64,000 nucleotides of DNA from Ignavibacteriota bacterium (GTDB lineage Bacteria > Bacteroidota > Ignavibacteria > UBA10030 > SZUA-254), in the NCBI GenBank assembly GCA_963727845.1, contig CAVSHI010000003.1:937913-1001912 (forward strand), written 5' to 3'. Of this stretch, positions 34,778 through 44,085 are shown piece by piece. The notes beneath the pieces were generated by a model that worked only from the letters and a program-made list of their open reading frames with translations, searched no databases and was not told the DNA's origin. Position numbers and translations under genes: made by a program. Within the stretch, counting starts at the first letter, position 1. Every line of letters starts with the position of its first letter.

Positions 34778-35541
34778 ATCAGTTGCAGTTTTTGGAGTGC
34801 TTTTTCTGCGGCCGCCTGCTCGGCATCTTTTTTGTTTTTCCCCATGCCCACCCCGTGCGGGTCGTTGCCGACGTACACTTCGACGGTGAACGTCCGGTCG
34901 TGGTCCGGACCTTCTTCATTGATGGTCGCATACCGCGGGATGCTCAAACCTTCGGCCTGGGCGTACTCGAGCAATTGACTTTTGAAATTTTCGTCATCTG
35001 TCGTGACCGTCCCGTCGCGCAGGGCAGAATTAATTTGTCGATCGATAAATTCCCTGGCGGCTTCGTTCCCGCCATCCAGATAGATCGCAGCGACAAGAGC
35101 TTCAAACGCATCCGCAAGAATCTTACTCATGCCTCTGCCATCTGTCCGGGTGGCGCTGACGCCGATCAACATAAAATCTTCAAGGTGAACCTGGTGAGCA
35201 TAGATGCTGAGGGATTTGCGATTAACGAGACGGGAGCGGCCTTTTGTAAGGTCGCCTTCCGGAGAGGATTCGTGCTGTTCGAAGAGGCGCTTCGCCACAA
35301 TAAGATTCAGTACTGCGTCGCCCAGGAATTCCATCCGTTCATTGGAACCGAGGGCGCCATTGCCATTCTCCTGGAAGTACGAGCGGTGGGAGAGCGCTTG
35401 CAAAAACAGCTGTCGATCGCGGATGCTATAGTTGATAGCCCTTGAGAGTTTCCCCAAATCGACCGTGCGAAGGAGGTCGTGCTCTGAAGGTACGCTCCGC
35501 CATCGGCTGAACCATTTAGCGAGCCGACCGATCACCTTCAT
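34774..35541 (-). CDS. rnc: ribonuclease III
   Basis: RNase III signature ERMEFLGDAVLNL plus C-terminal dsRBD (…KNKKDAEQAAAEKALQKL). Confidence 0.85.
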   Translation of the reverse strand: MKVIGRLAKWFSRWRSVPSEHDLLRTVDLGKLSRAINYSIRDRQLFLQALSHRSYFQENGNGALGSNERMEFLGDAVLNLIVAKRLFEQHESSPEGDLTKGRSRLVNRKSLSIYAHQVHLEDFMLIGVSATRTDGRGMSKILADAFEALVAAIYLDGGNEAAREFIDRQINSALRDGTVTTDDENFKSQLLEYAQAEGLSIPRYATINEEGPDHDRTFTVEVYVGNDPHGVGMGKNKKDAEQAAAEKALQKLQLI

Positions 35542-35553
35542 TGTGCCACACGA

Positions 35554-36810
35554 TTAATTCTTCTGATACTTCTTGAAGAGCAATGATACGTTATGACCGC
35601 CAAACCCGAACGTGTTGCTGATGGCAACGTTTACTATTTTCTTGACGGCCTGGTTGGGAATATAGTTTAAATCGCATTCCGGGTCGGGAAATTCATAGTT
35701 AATCGTCGGCGGCATGACGTCGTGATACGTCGCGAGTATGGTAATGACTGCTTCGATTGCCCCCGCGGCGCCGAGTAAATGCCCGGTCATGGACTTCGTT
35801 GAGCTGACGTGGAGCTTGTACGCATGCTCGCCAAAAACTCCCTTGATCGCCTCGGTTTCCGACTTGTCATTGTACGGCGTGGATGTTCCGTGCGCGTTGA
35901 TGTAGTCGACATCTTTCGGCTGGAGGCCGGCATCCTCGATACACAAACGCATCGAGCGGATCGCCCCTTCTCCGCCCGGAGCCGGGGCGGTAATATGATA
36001 CGCGTCTGCCGTCATCCCGACGCCCGCTATTTCTCCGTAGATGATGGCTCCGCGATCGAGCGCGTGCTGGAGTTCTTCGAGCACGAGGACACCGCCGCCC
36101 TCACCCATGACGAAGCCATCCCGTTTCAAATCGAACGGCCGGCTTGCCTTTTCGGGTTCATCATTCCGGAGCGACATCGCCTTCATGGCATTAAAGCCTC
36201 CGATTCCCATGGGACACACCGCGGCTTCGGAGCCGCCGGCGAACATGACCTCGGCGTTTCCGCGCTGGATCAGCATGAAAGCATCGGCGATTGCATGCCC
36301 CAACGTCGCACACGCCGATGTTGTGGCGTAGTTAGGACCTTTTGCCTGGAATCGCATCGATATGTGCCCGGCGGCGATATCGGCAATCATCATCGGTACG
36401 AAGAACGGACTTATACGATGAGGGCCGCCGGTTTCGTACATCGTCTGCATCTGCCGATGCCACGTCCACATGCCTCCGATGCCGGAGCCGAAAACGACGC
36501 CGATCCGGTCGCGGTTTTCCTTTTCGAGATTGAGTCGGGAATGCTGAACCGCCATCTCGGATGCCGCCATCGCGTACTGCGTGAACAGATCCATCCGATT
36601 GACCGTCTTCTTATCCATGAATTTCAGCGGGTCGAAGCCTTTGACCTCGGCGGCAATTTTTGTATCGTACTGTGTCGTGTCGAAATACGTTATCTTCGCC
36701 ACGCCGCTCTTGCCGGCAATTGAATTCTTCCAGAACTCATCAAGGTCCAGGCCGATGGGAGCTACTACTCCCATGCCCGTGACAACAACCCGTCGGCGTT
36801 GATTCGTCAT
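35554..36810 (-). CDS. fabF: 3-oxoacyl-ACP synthase II (KAS II)
   Basis: Thiolase-fold KAS with active-site Cys context (TTSACATLGHAIADA), HGTSTP and GHLLGAAG motifs. Confidence 0.9.
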   Translation of the reverse strand: MTNQRRRVVVTGMGVVAPIGLDLDEFWKNSIAGKSGVAKITYFDTTQYDTKIAAEVKGFDPLKFMDKKTVNRMDLFTQYAMAASEMAVQHSRLNLEKENRDRIGVVFGSGIGGMWTWHRQMQTMYETGGPHRISPFFVPMMIADIAAGHISMRFQAKGPNYATTSACATLGHAIADAFMLIQRGNAEVMFAGGSEAAVCPMGIGGFNAMKAMSLRNDEPEKASRPFDLKRDGFVMGEGGGVLVLEELQHALDRGAIIYGEIAGVGMTADAYHITAPAPGGEGAIRSMRLCIEDAGLQPKDVDYINAHGTSTPYNDKSETEAIKGVFGEHAYKLHVSSTKSMTGHLLGAAGAIEAVITILATYHDVMPPTINYEFPDPECDLNYIPNQAVKKIVNVAISNTFGFGGHNVSLLFKKYQKN

Positions 36811-36843
36811 TGCGTTCCTCCTAGTACCCGGATTGTAGAAATG

Positions 36844-37080
36844 TCACTTGGCTTTACCCGTAAGATACGACACTGCGTCTCCTACGGTGGAGATCTTCTC
36901 GGCGTCTTCGTCGGGAATCTGGAGGTTGAACGCTTTTTCAAATTCCATCACGAGCTCAACGGTATCGAGAGAATCGGCCCCGAGGTCATTTGTAAACGAT
37001 GCCTCTTTCGTCACTTGAGAAGCCTCCACACCGAGCTTGTTCATGATGATTTCTTTGACTTTTGCTTCTATGTCTGCCAT
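36844..37080 (-). CDS. acpP: acyl carrier protein
   Basis: [17 protein letters not shown] phosphopantetheine-attachment motif. Start taken at MADIEAKV (ATG 37080) rather than the longer track ORF. Confidence 0.9.
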   Translation of the reverse strand: MADIEAKVKEIIMNKLGVEASQVTKEASFTNDLGADSLDTVELVMEFEKAFNLQIPDEDAEKISTVGDAVSYLTGKAK

Positions 37081-37143
37081 GGCAGTTGCTCCTTTTATTA
37101 GTGAATTGATGATAGTTGTTTTCTCTTTCAACTCTCCGATGAC

Positions 37144-37890
37144 TTAGCCCGTGTACATCCCGCCGTCAACGCTGATGACCTGCCCGGTGATGTAACTTGC
37201 CTCTTCCGAAGCAAGGAATAGCACCGCATTGGCGACATCCTCGGCATCGCCAAATCGCTTGAGTGGAATAGACTTGAGGTAATTCTCTTTGACCGCTTCA
37301 TCCAGCTTCTCCGTCATTGCCGTCTTGATGAATCCGGGCGCCACGGCGTTGCACGTGATATTACGGGAGGCGAGTTCCTTTGCGACCGATTTGGTAAAGG
37401 CGATAAGGCCCCCTTTTGAAGACGCATAGTTCGCCTGACCGGCATTTCCGATCCGGCCCACCAGGGACGACACATTGATTATTCGACCGTGCCTTTGCTT
37501 CATCATGACCGGGCTGACGGCTTTTGTCAAAAGGAACGGCCCTTTCAGATTGACATCGAGAACGACATCCCAATCCTCCTCCGCCATTCTCATGATCAAA
37601 TTATCCCGCGTCAAGCCCGCATTATTGACGAGGATGTCAATTGTCGGAAAAGCCTCCTGGATTTTCCCCACCAATTCCCCGACTTCGGCGGCATTGGCAA
37701 CATTACACTTCACCGCGATGGCCTTCCTTCCCATGGCCGTAATTTCACCGACGGTTTCATTCATCGCATCGATATTCATATCGGCAACAACGATGTCTGC
37801 GCCCGCGTTGGCAAACTTCAAAGCAATGGTTTTACCGATACCCTGGGCGCCGCCGGTGACGACCGCTACTTTATTTTGCAGAGAAGACAT
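37144..37890 (-). CDS. fabG: 3-oxoacyl-ACP reductase
   Basis: SDR with TGGAQGIG cofactor motif and YxxxK (YASSKGG). Confidence 0.9.
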   Translation of the reverse strand: MSSLQNKVAVVTGGAQGIGKTIALKFANAGADIVVADMNIDAMNETVGEITAMGRKAIAVKCNVANAAEVGELVGKIQEAFPTIDILVNNAGLTRDNLIMRMAEEDWDVVLDVNLKGPFLLTKAVSPVMMKQRHGRIINVSSLVGRIGNAGQANYASSKGGLIAFTKSVAKELASRNITCNAVAPGFIKTAMTEKLDEAVKENYLKSIPLKRFGDAEDVANAVLFLASEEASYITGQVISVDGGMYTG

Positions 37891-37895
37891 GATTG

Positions 37896-38816
37896 TTATA
37901 CTCCGATCATTTTGGGAATATCATCGAATCGCTCGACACCCATCACACTGACACCGTTGTTAATTCGTTTCACCAATCCCTGAAGGACTTTCCCCGGCCC
38001 GATTTCCACGAAGTTCGTTGCGCCGTCACCGATCATGTTCCGGACAGTCGCTTCCCACTGCACGGGGCTGGTGAGTTGTTCTTCAAGCAATCTACGAATT
38101 TCTTCCGCCTTTTCCACAGGACGCCCGGTAACATTCGCATACACGGGTATTCTTGCATTCCGGATCGCAGTTTGCCCGAGCGCTGAATGCAGTCCCTTCT
38201 GTGCGCTTTGCATCAGCGGGGAGTGGAATGCTCCGCTGACCACCAGTTCTTTGACCAATTTCGCACCTTTCGACTTTGCGATCTCCATGGCCCTGTGAAC
38301 GCCGCCCACCGACCCGCTGATCACTATCTGCCCGGGGGAATTAAGATTCGCACATTGCACGACTCCCGCAGAATTTGCTTCGCGGCAGATTTCTACAAGA
38401 ATGTCGGGCAGAAGGCCCACAACCGCAGCCATCGTTCCCTTTTGTTCTTCACCGGCACGCTGCATGAGCTCCCCCCGTACGCGGACGAGCTTCATGCCGT
38501 CCTCAAACGTGAGAGCGCCGGCGAACACAAGGGCAGAATACTCTCCGAGTGAGTGACCTGCGACCATCGCGACATCATTGCGTTCCATCATGCTCGTGAG
38601 TATGACGCTGTGCAGGAATATCGCCGGTTGCGTGTTCTTCGTTTGTTTGAGTTCTTCTTCCGGACCCTCAAAGCAAATCCGACTTAACGGGACGCCAAGA
38701 ATGGCATCGGCTTTCTCGAAAAGTTCGCGAGCTGCATCGCTCTGCCCGTACAAGTCTTTTCCCATTCCGACGTACTGGGAGCCCTGACCGGGGAATATGT
38801 AAGCTATTGTCGGCAC
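37896..38816 (-). CDS. fabD: malonyl-CoA:ACP transacylase
   Basis: FPGQGSQYVGMG and GHSLGEYSAL active-site motifs. Confidence 0.9.
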   Translation of the reverse strand: MPTIAYIFPGQGSQYVGMGKDLYGQSDAARELFEKADAILGVPLSRICFEGPEEELKQTKNTQPAIFLHSVILTSMMERNDVAMVAGHSLGEYSALVFAGALTFEDGMKLVRVRGELMQRAGEEQKGTMAAVVGLLPDILVEICREANSAGVVQCANLNSPGQIVISGSVGGVHRAMEIAKSKGAKLVKELVVSGAFHSPLMQSAQKGLHSALGQTAIRNARIPVYANVTGRPVEKAEEIRRLLEEQLTSPVQWEATVRNMIGDGATNFVEIGPGKVLQGLVKRINNGVSVMGVERFDDIPKMIGV

Positions 38817-38841
38817 TGTTAGAAAAATGACAAAGGCGTTT

Positions 38842-39867
38842 TCAGGATTTACCCGGACTATCGACTGCCCATTTCACCAGCACGGCGCCCCAGGTATATC
38901 CCGCGCCGAAACTCGACAGGACGATCGTGTTTCCGCGTTTGAGCTTGCCCCACTGCCACCATTCCGAAAGACAGAGCGGTATCGTCGCCGCCGTTGTGTT
39001 TCCATACCGGTCGATGTTGATCATCACCTTGGAGGGATCGAGCCCCATTCGTTCCCTGCAGGCGTCGATGATGCGCAGGTTTGCCTGGTGGGGCACGAGA
39101 AAGTCGACATCGTTCCCCGTCAGGTTGTTACGCTTCATGATTTCCGCAGAAACATCCGCCATGCCGAGCACGGCAACTTTGAACACTGCCTTGCCGTCCT
39201 GGTAGATATAGTGCATTTTCTTATCGACCGTCTCATGGGTCGGGGGATTGAGGCTTCCGCCGCCTTTCATGTGCAGAGATTCCGAGCGAGCGCCATCGAC
39301 GTAGAAAACGTGATCGAGAATGCCAAACTCGGGGTCATCGGTTGGCTCCAGCAGCACGGCGCCGCCGGCATCGCCGAACAGAATACAATTATTGCGGTCG
39401 GTGTAATCGGTAATCGAAGTCATCTTGTCCGCTCCGACAACCACGACCTTTTTGTACGCGCCCGATTCGATGAACTGGGCGCCGGTAATGAGCGCAAAAA
39501 GAAATCCCGAGCACGCCGCCGAAAAATCAAACCCCCACGCTTTCTTCGCGCCGACCTTGTCCTGCACGAGGCAGGCGGTCGCCGGGAAGAACATATCGGG
39601 CGTGACCGTGGCAACAATAATGATCTCGATCTCTTCGGGACCGATGCCGCGGTTCTTCAGCATTGCCTTCACCGCTCCCGCGCCCAAGTCTGAGGTCGCG
39701 CCATTTTCGAGAATCCTCCGCTCACGAATTCCCGTGCGCGTCCGGATCCATTCGTCGGTCGTATTGACCATCTTTTCCAGATCGGCATTGGAAAGAACTT
39801 TATCGGGGACGTAGTGGCCGATCGCCGTAATCGCGGCGCGAATGGGTTTCTGCGTCGAGGATTTCAT
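38842..39867 (-). CDS. fabH: 3-oxoacyl-ACP synthase III (KAS III)
   Basis: FabH fold with AACSGFLFAL active-site Cys region, HQANLRII and GAGYTWGA motifs. Confidence 0.9.
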   Translation of the reverse strand: MKSSTQKPIRAAITAIGHYVPDKVLSNADLEKMVNTTDEWIRTRTGIRERRILENGATSDLGAGAVKAMLKNRGIGPEEIEIIIVATVTPDMFFPATACLVQDKVGAKKAWGFDFSAACSGFLFALITGAQFIESGAYKKVVVVGADKMTSITDYTDRNNCILFGDAGGAVLLEPTDDPEFGILDHVFYVDGARSESLHMKGGGSLNPPTHETVDKKMHYIYQDGKAVFKVAVLGMADVSAEIMKRNNLTGNDVDFLVPHQANLRIIDACRERMGLDPSKVMINIDRYGNTTAATIPLCLSEWWQWGKLKRGNTIVLSSFGAGYTWGAVLVKWAVDSPGKS

Positions 39868-40886
39868 CGTGTCACCACCAGTGCTTCCTGAATGCGCTTA
39901 TTGATCCGTTTCCGAACCATTTCTTCCGCTTTGAGAATCATATTCTTGATCGCTTTGGGAGTCGATTTGCCGTGCCCGATGATCGAAACTCCGTTAATGC
40001 CAAGAAGCGGCACGCCGCCATACTCTTCGTAATCCAGACTTTTGAGGGCATTGCGCATTGTCCCGCGCATGAACGCCGCAAAGATCCTTTTGAATTTGTG
40101 TTTTTCAAAATATTGTTTGACCGCGCTTTTGAAGAACGCCGGAACGCTTTCTGCAAATTTCAAAAGGATATTCCCGACAAACCCGTCGCACACGACCACC
40201 TGGGCTGCTCCCCGCAAAATATCCCGTCCTTCCACGTTCCCAACAAAATTCAGCTGGCTGTTCTTCAAGAGGTTATATGTTTCCTTCACAGCTTCACTGC
40301 CTTTGGACGCTTCTTCACCTATATTCAATAATCCGACCGTCGGATTTTCGTAGCTAAGCATTTCCCGCGCGTAAATGCTGCCCATCACGGCAAACTCATA
40401 CAGGTGCTGCGGTTTGCAATCAACGTTTGCGCCCGCGTCCAGCACAAGGCACACACCCTGTTCATTCGGGAAAAACGCGCCGATTGTCGGGCGCCCGACG
40501 CCTTCAATGCGTCCGAGCATCAGAGTGGATGCAGACATGACCGCGCCCGTATTGCCCGCGCTTACAAAGGCGTCCGCTTTGTGTTCCTTTTGCAGAGTTA
40601 TCCCGACCGTAATGGAGGAATCTCTCTTCTGTTTTAACGCCGCCGTCGCTCCATCGTGCATATCGATGACCTGGGACGCGTTGACGACGCGGTACGAAAA
40701 TCCGTTGCTTTGGCGCTGTCGGAGTTCTTCCAGCACGGTCGTTTCGGGACCCACGAAGATAATTTCAAACCGATTGTTCGTCTCACGCAGGGCTTCCAGC
40801 GCACCGTCGATGACATTGCGCGGAGCAAAATCGCCGCCCATGGCGTCGACAGCGATTTGTATATTTGCGCGTTCCATATTCAGCAC
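39864..40886 (-). CDS. plsX: phosphate acyltransferase PlsX
   Basis: IAVDAMGGDFAP N-terminal motif. Gene order plsX-fabH-fabD-fabG-acpP-fabF. Confidence 0.9.
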   Translation of the reverse strand: MLNMERANIQIAVDAMGGDFAPRNVIDGALEALRETNNRFEIIFVGPETTVLEELRQRQSNGFSYRVVNASQVIDMHDGATAALKQKRDSSITVGITLQKEHKADAFVSAGNTGAVMSASTLMLGRIEGVGRPTIGAFFPNEQGVCLVLDAGANVDCKPQHLYEFAVMGSIYAREMLSYENPTVGLLNIGEEASKGSEAVKETYNLLKNSQLNFVGNVEGRDILRGAAQVVVCDGFVGNILLKFAESVPAFFKSAVKQYFEKHKFKRIFAAFMRGTMRNALKSLDYEEYGGVPLLGINGVSIIGHGKSTPKAIKNMILKAEEMVRKRINKRIQEALVVTR

Positions 40887-41005
40887 GTAACCGATAGTGT
40901 TCCGTTAACTGATAGACAATGGCCGATATTCGTATGCCACAAAAATCCCAGAGCTTTCGGACGCGTTCTCAACGTAACGTTGAGTGGCATCAATCGCAGA
41001 GGAAG

Positions 41006-41188
41006 TTATGATTCTTTGGGAATGATGATGGAACGCCCGTGATAGTATCCGCAGTTCGGGCAAGCGCGATGAAGGAGTTTTTGCTCGTGGCAATTTGGAC
41101 ACTCGGCAACGGAAGGAACGCTCGCCTTGTAATGCGTTCGCCGTTTTGCTCCACGCGATTTCGAGTGTCGTCGTTTGGGATTTGGCAT
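41006..41188 (-). CDS. rpmF: 50S ribosomal protein L32
   Basis: 60-aa basic protein with CPNCHEQ…CPNCGYY zinc-ribbon, MPNPKRRHSKSR start. Confidence 0.9.
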   Translation of the reverse strand: MPNPKRRHSKSRGAKRRTHYKASVPSVAECPNCHEQKLLHRACPNCGYYHGRSIIIPKES

Positions 41189-41208
41189 GTTTATGCTTTC
41201 TTTAACAT

Positions 41209-41763
41209 TTATTGGTCTATGAATTTCTTCAGTGATTCCCAGCGGCCGTCAACATTCTCATCCTTGCACGAGCATGTCCCGCGATTCAAGTTGACGCCAC
41301 AATGCGGACACAATCCTTTGCAGTTTTCCTTGCACAGGAGCTTCAGCGGAACCGACAACATGACGCTTTCCCGAATATCGTCTGTAAGGTCGAGCTGGGG
41401 CGTTTCCGGAGAAATTACTCTGACTTCGTCATCGCTGGATCTTCCGGCGTCGAGTCCGTCGTACACATACAGCACCGAGAACCTTGCGGAAACTTCGTGC
41501 TCAAACTCCTCGACGCAGCGGTCACACTGGAACAACCCTGCCGTTCTTATGTCCGCCTGAAGGCAGAACTGCCGACCGCTTTTATCGATGGTGGCGTCGA
41601 TCACCACCGATCCCGGGAAGTTGCTCCCGAGTCCAATCCCGGATGCTGCGGGGGAAAGGTGGTACTCGTGAAGTCCGTTCGAGAGCTGAGAAATTCGTAT
41701 TCTAGTGTCACCGTGCTCAATATTCATGCGAACGCTCCATCTCAAAGAACTTCCAACGGTCAA
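41209..41763 (-). CDS. yceD: YceD/DUF177 family protein (large-subunit rRNA accumulation)
   Basis: CDRC…CPHCGVNLNRGTCSC Cys cluster; sits upstream of rpmF as in the conserved yceD-rpmF-plsX cluster. Confidence 0.75.
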   Translation of the reverse strand: MTVGSSLRWSVRMNIEHGDTRIRISQLSNGLHEYHLSPAASGIGLGSNFPGSVVIDATIDKSGRQFCLQADIRTAGLFQCDRCVEEFEHEVSARFSVLYVYDGLDAGRSSDDEVRVISPETPQLDLTDDIRESVMLSVPLKLLCKENCKGLCPHCGVNLNRGTCSCKDENVDGRWESLKKFIDQ

Positions 41764-41893
41764 AATTCAGGCAATTTGACAGAAACCGGTTGAATAATAT
41801 AAAAAAAAACTGACCGAGAGTCAAGGATACAGAATGACCCATCCCCCGCATTTTCGCTCGAAAGGCCAATTTTTCAGCGGTCCGTTCAAAATC

Positions 41894-41922
41894 TTGACTT
41901 TCAACGAGACGGACACTATATT
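41894..41922 (+). promoter_or_regulatory. candidate sigma70-type promoter for the Crp/Fnr gene (-35 TTGACT, 17-nt spacer, -10 TATATT)
   Basis: TTGACTttcaacgagacggacacTATATTaatataat located ~65 nt upstream of ATG 41986. Confidence 0.4.
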
Positions 41923-41985
41923 AATATAATTTCCTTGGCCGGGATAGTCCACCGGAACAACAATCATAGTGTAACTTTATACTTC

Positions 41986-42711
41986 ATGAGCATGCCGAGT
42001 TCAACGACCCAATCCATATCAGCCGAGCTCAGAGAATCGATCGATATTCTCCGCGGAATACCTCTATTCTCCGACATTGAAGACGATGCCCTGGCGAAAA
42101 TTGCACGCCTCGGGGTTCGGAAAAAGTACAAGAAGGGAACCGTCATCCTGATGGAAGAAGAAGCAGGAATGGCCCTTTTTGTTATCATTGGCGGCAAAAT
42201 CAAGATTGTCCGCACCGATGACACCGGTCGCGAAGTGATTCTCTCCATCCTGAGCGAAAGCGATTTCTTCGGCGAGATGGCAATTCTCGACGGCCTGGCA
42301 CGCTCCGCAAGCGCCGTCGCTATTTCAAAAACGGAATTGTTCATGATCCACCGCCAGGATTTCCTGAAACTCCTCCACGACCATCCCCTCGTCGCAATCG
42401 CATTGCTCAGGGAAATGACAATGCGGCTGCGCAAAGCCGATACCCAGATCAAGAGCCTGTCTTTGAAGGATGCCGCAGGGAGAGTGGCAAACGTCATCCT
42501 CCAGCTGGCCGATGATGTCGGCACGATCCGAAAAGGCCGTGTTGAAATTGACGAGCTCCCACTGCAACAGGACCTCGCAAATATGGCAGGGACTTCACGT
42601 GAGACCATCTCGCGAACGATGCACATGTTCGTGAAGAAAGGACACCTGGAGCTTCAAGGGAACAAGCTCATAATCAAAGATTACGAGAAGTTCAAGAGCT
42701 TGTACTTCTGA
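41986..42711 (+). CDS. Crp/Fnr-family transcriptional regulator (cNMP-binding + HTH)
   Basis: cNMP-binding region (…GDFFGEMAILDGLARSASAVA…) and C-terminal HTH (LPLQQDLANMAGTSRETISRTMHMF). Confidence 0.8.
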   Translation: MSMPSSTTQSISAELRESIDILRGIPLFSDIEDDALAKIARLGVRKKYKKGTVILMEEEAGMALFVIIGGKIKIVRTDDTGREVILSILSESDFFGEMAILDGLARSASAVAISKTELFMIHRQDFLKLLHDHPLVAIALLREMTMRLRKADTQIKSLSLKDAAGRVANVILQLADDVGTIRKGRVEIDELPLQQDLANMAGTSRETISRTMHMFVKKGHLELQGNKLIIKDYEKFKSLYF

Positions 42712-42738
42712 CCCAGAGATTTCCGAGCGAAGTGTAGT

Positions 42739-43590
42739 ATGGAACAGTGGGAGGTACTAAACGACGGCAAAGCGGATCTTCACACGCACACCACATTCTC
42801 CGACGGCGTGTTGACTCCCGCCCAGCTCGTGAAGAAGGCGAAGCAGGCCGGGCTTGCGGCCATCAGTATCACCGATCATGACAACGTCAACGGGCTGGAC
42901 GAAGCTATCTCGGCAGGAAAAGATCTTGGTGTGGCGGTTGTGCCCGGCGTCGAGCTGAGTGCAACATTCGACCGGAAGGAAGTTCATATCCTTGGATTCT
43001 TTTTCGATCATCATGATGAAGAATTTCAGAGATTTCTTTCGCAATTGCGGGAACAGCGGGTAAAGCGCGCCGAGCGCATCGTTCAAAAACTTAACCAGAT
43101 GAATATTCCCCTCATGATGAATTCGGTTCTCGAAAAGGCCGGCAACGGCGCGGTGGGACGGCCTCATATCGCCATGGCCATGGTCGGCGAGGGACTTGTG
43201 AAATCGTACCAAATCGCATTCGATGACTATATCGGCAATGGCCGCCCCGCCTACGAAAAAAAAGCGGACGTTTCCCCCGAAAGAACCATGCGCCTCATCG
43301 CCGATGCCGGAGGACTCTCCTTTCTTGCCCATCCGGGGCGCTCCCTCGATGACAACGAGGTTCATCAACTGGTAAAGGCTGGAATCGACGGAATCGAAGT
43401 AGTCCATCCGAGTCACACTCCATGGACTGTTCAGCATCTTCACGACATAACCAGCGAGTATTTCCTGCTCGAATGCGGCGGCTCTGATTTTCACGGAGGA
43501 CTGAGGGGCGACGACGATTTGTTCGGACAAGTAACCATCGCGGCGAAGACTGTAGAAATCATGCGCCGGCGGTTGTTTTCTCATCACTAA
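42739..43590 (+). CDS. PHP-domain metal-dependent phosphoesterase (TrpH/YciV-like)
   Basis: ADLHTHTTFSDG and SITDHD His/Asp metal-ligand motifs of the PHP fold. Confidence 0.7.
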   Translation: MEQWEVLNDGKADLHTHTTFSDGVLTPAQLVKKAKQAGLAAISITDHDNVNGLDEAISAGKDLGVAVVPGVELSATFDRKEVHILGFFFDHHDEEFQRFLSQLREQRVKRAERIVQKLNQMNIPLMMNSVLEKAGNGAVGRPHIAMAMVGEGLVKSYQIAFDDYIGNGRPAYEKKADVSPERTMRLIADAGGLSFLAHPGRSLDDNEVHQLVKAGIDGIEVVHPSHTPWTVQHLHDITSEYFLLECGGSDFHGGLRGDDDLFGQVTIAAKTVEIMRRRLFSHH

Positions 43591-43605
43591 CTACCTCATA
43601 CGACT

Positions 43606-44085
43606 ATGCCAAATATTATTGAAGGACGTCTTCTCGCGGCACCGTACACCTTTGCGATTCTGGTGAGCCGGTTCAACGAATTCGTTTCGCGGCGGCTTCT
43701 CAAGGGCGCGCTCGATTGCCTGCGAAGACACGGGGCTTCCGATGATGCGATCGATATCATCCATTGCCCGGGAGCGTTTGAAATCCCCGTTCTCGCCAGG
43801 AAACTCGCCGACCGGGGAAAGTACAACGTCATCATTGCCCTGGGGTGCATCATTCGCGGCGATACTCCTCATTTCGACTATATCGCAAGCGCGGTCAGCA
43901 CCGGATTGACACGGGTATCTCTGGAAACCCATGTCCCCGTGACATTCGGTGTCCTGACCACGGATTCTCTCGAGCAAGCTATCGAACGTGCCGGGGCGAA
44001 AGACGGCAACAAGGGCTGGGAAGCCGCACTTGCCGCAATCGAGCTGGCCGACCTCTACAAGAACATCTCCGCGAAGAAAAAGTAG
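43606..44085 (+). CDS. ribH: 6,7-dimethyl-8-ribityllumazine synthase
   Basis: 159-aa ORF matching RibH (…[12 protein letters not shown]…[11 protein letters not shown]…[15 protein letters not shown]…). Confidence 0.9.
   Translation: MPNIIEGRLLAAPYTFAILVSRFNEFVSRRLLKGALDCLRRHGASDDAIDIIHCPGAFEIPVLARKLADRGKYNVIIALGCIIRGDTPHFDYIASAVSTGLTRVSLETHVPVTFGVLTTDSLEQAIERAGAKDGNKGWEAALAAIELADLYKNISAKKK

Noticed and set aside
35809-36723. 304-aa plus-strand ORF inside fabF
   Set aside because: Antisense shadow of fabF.
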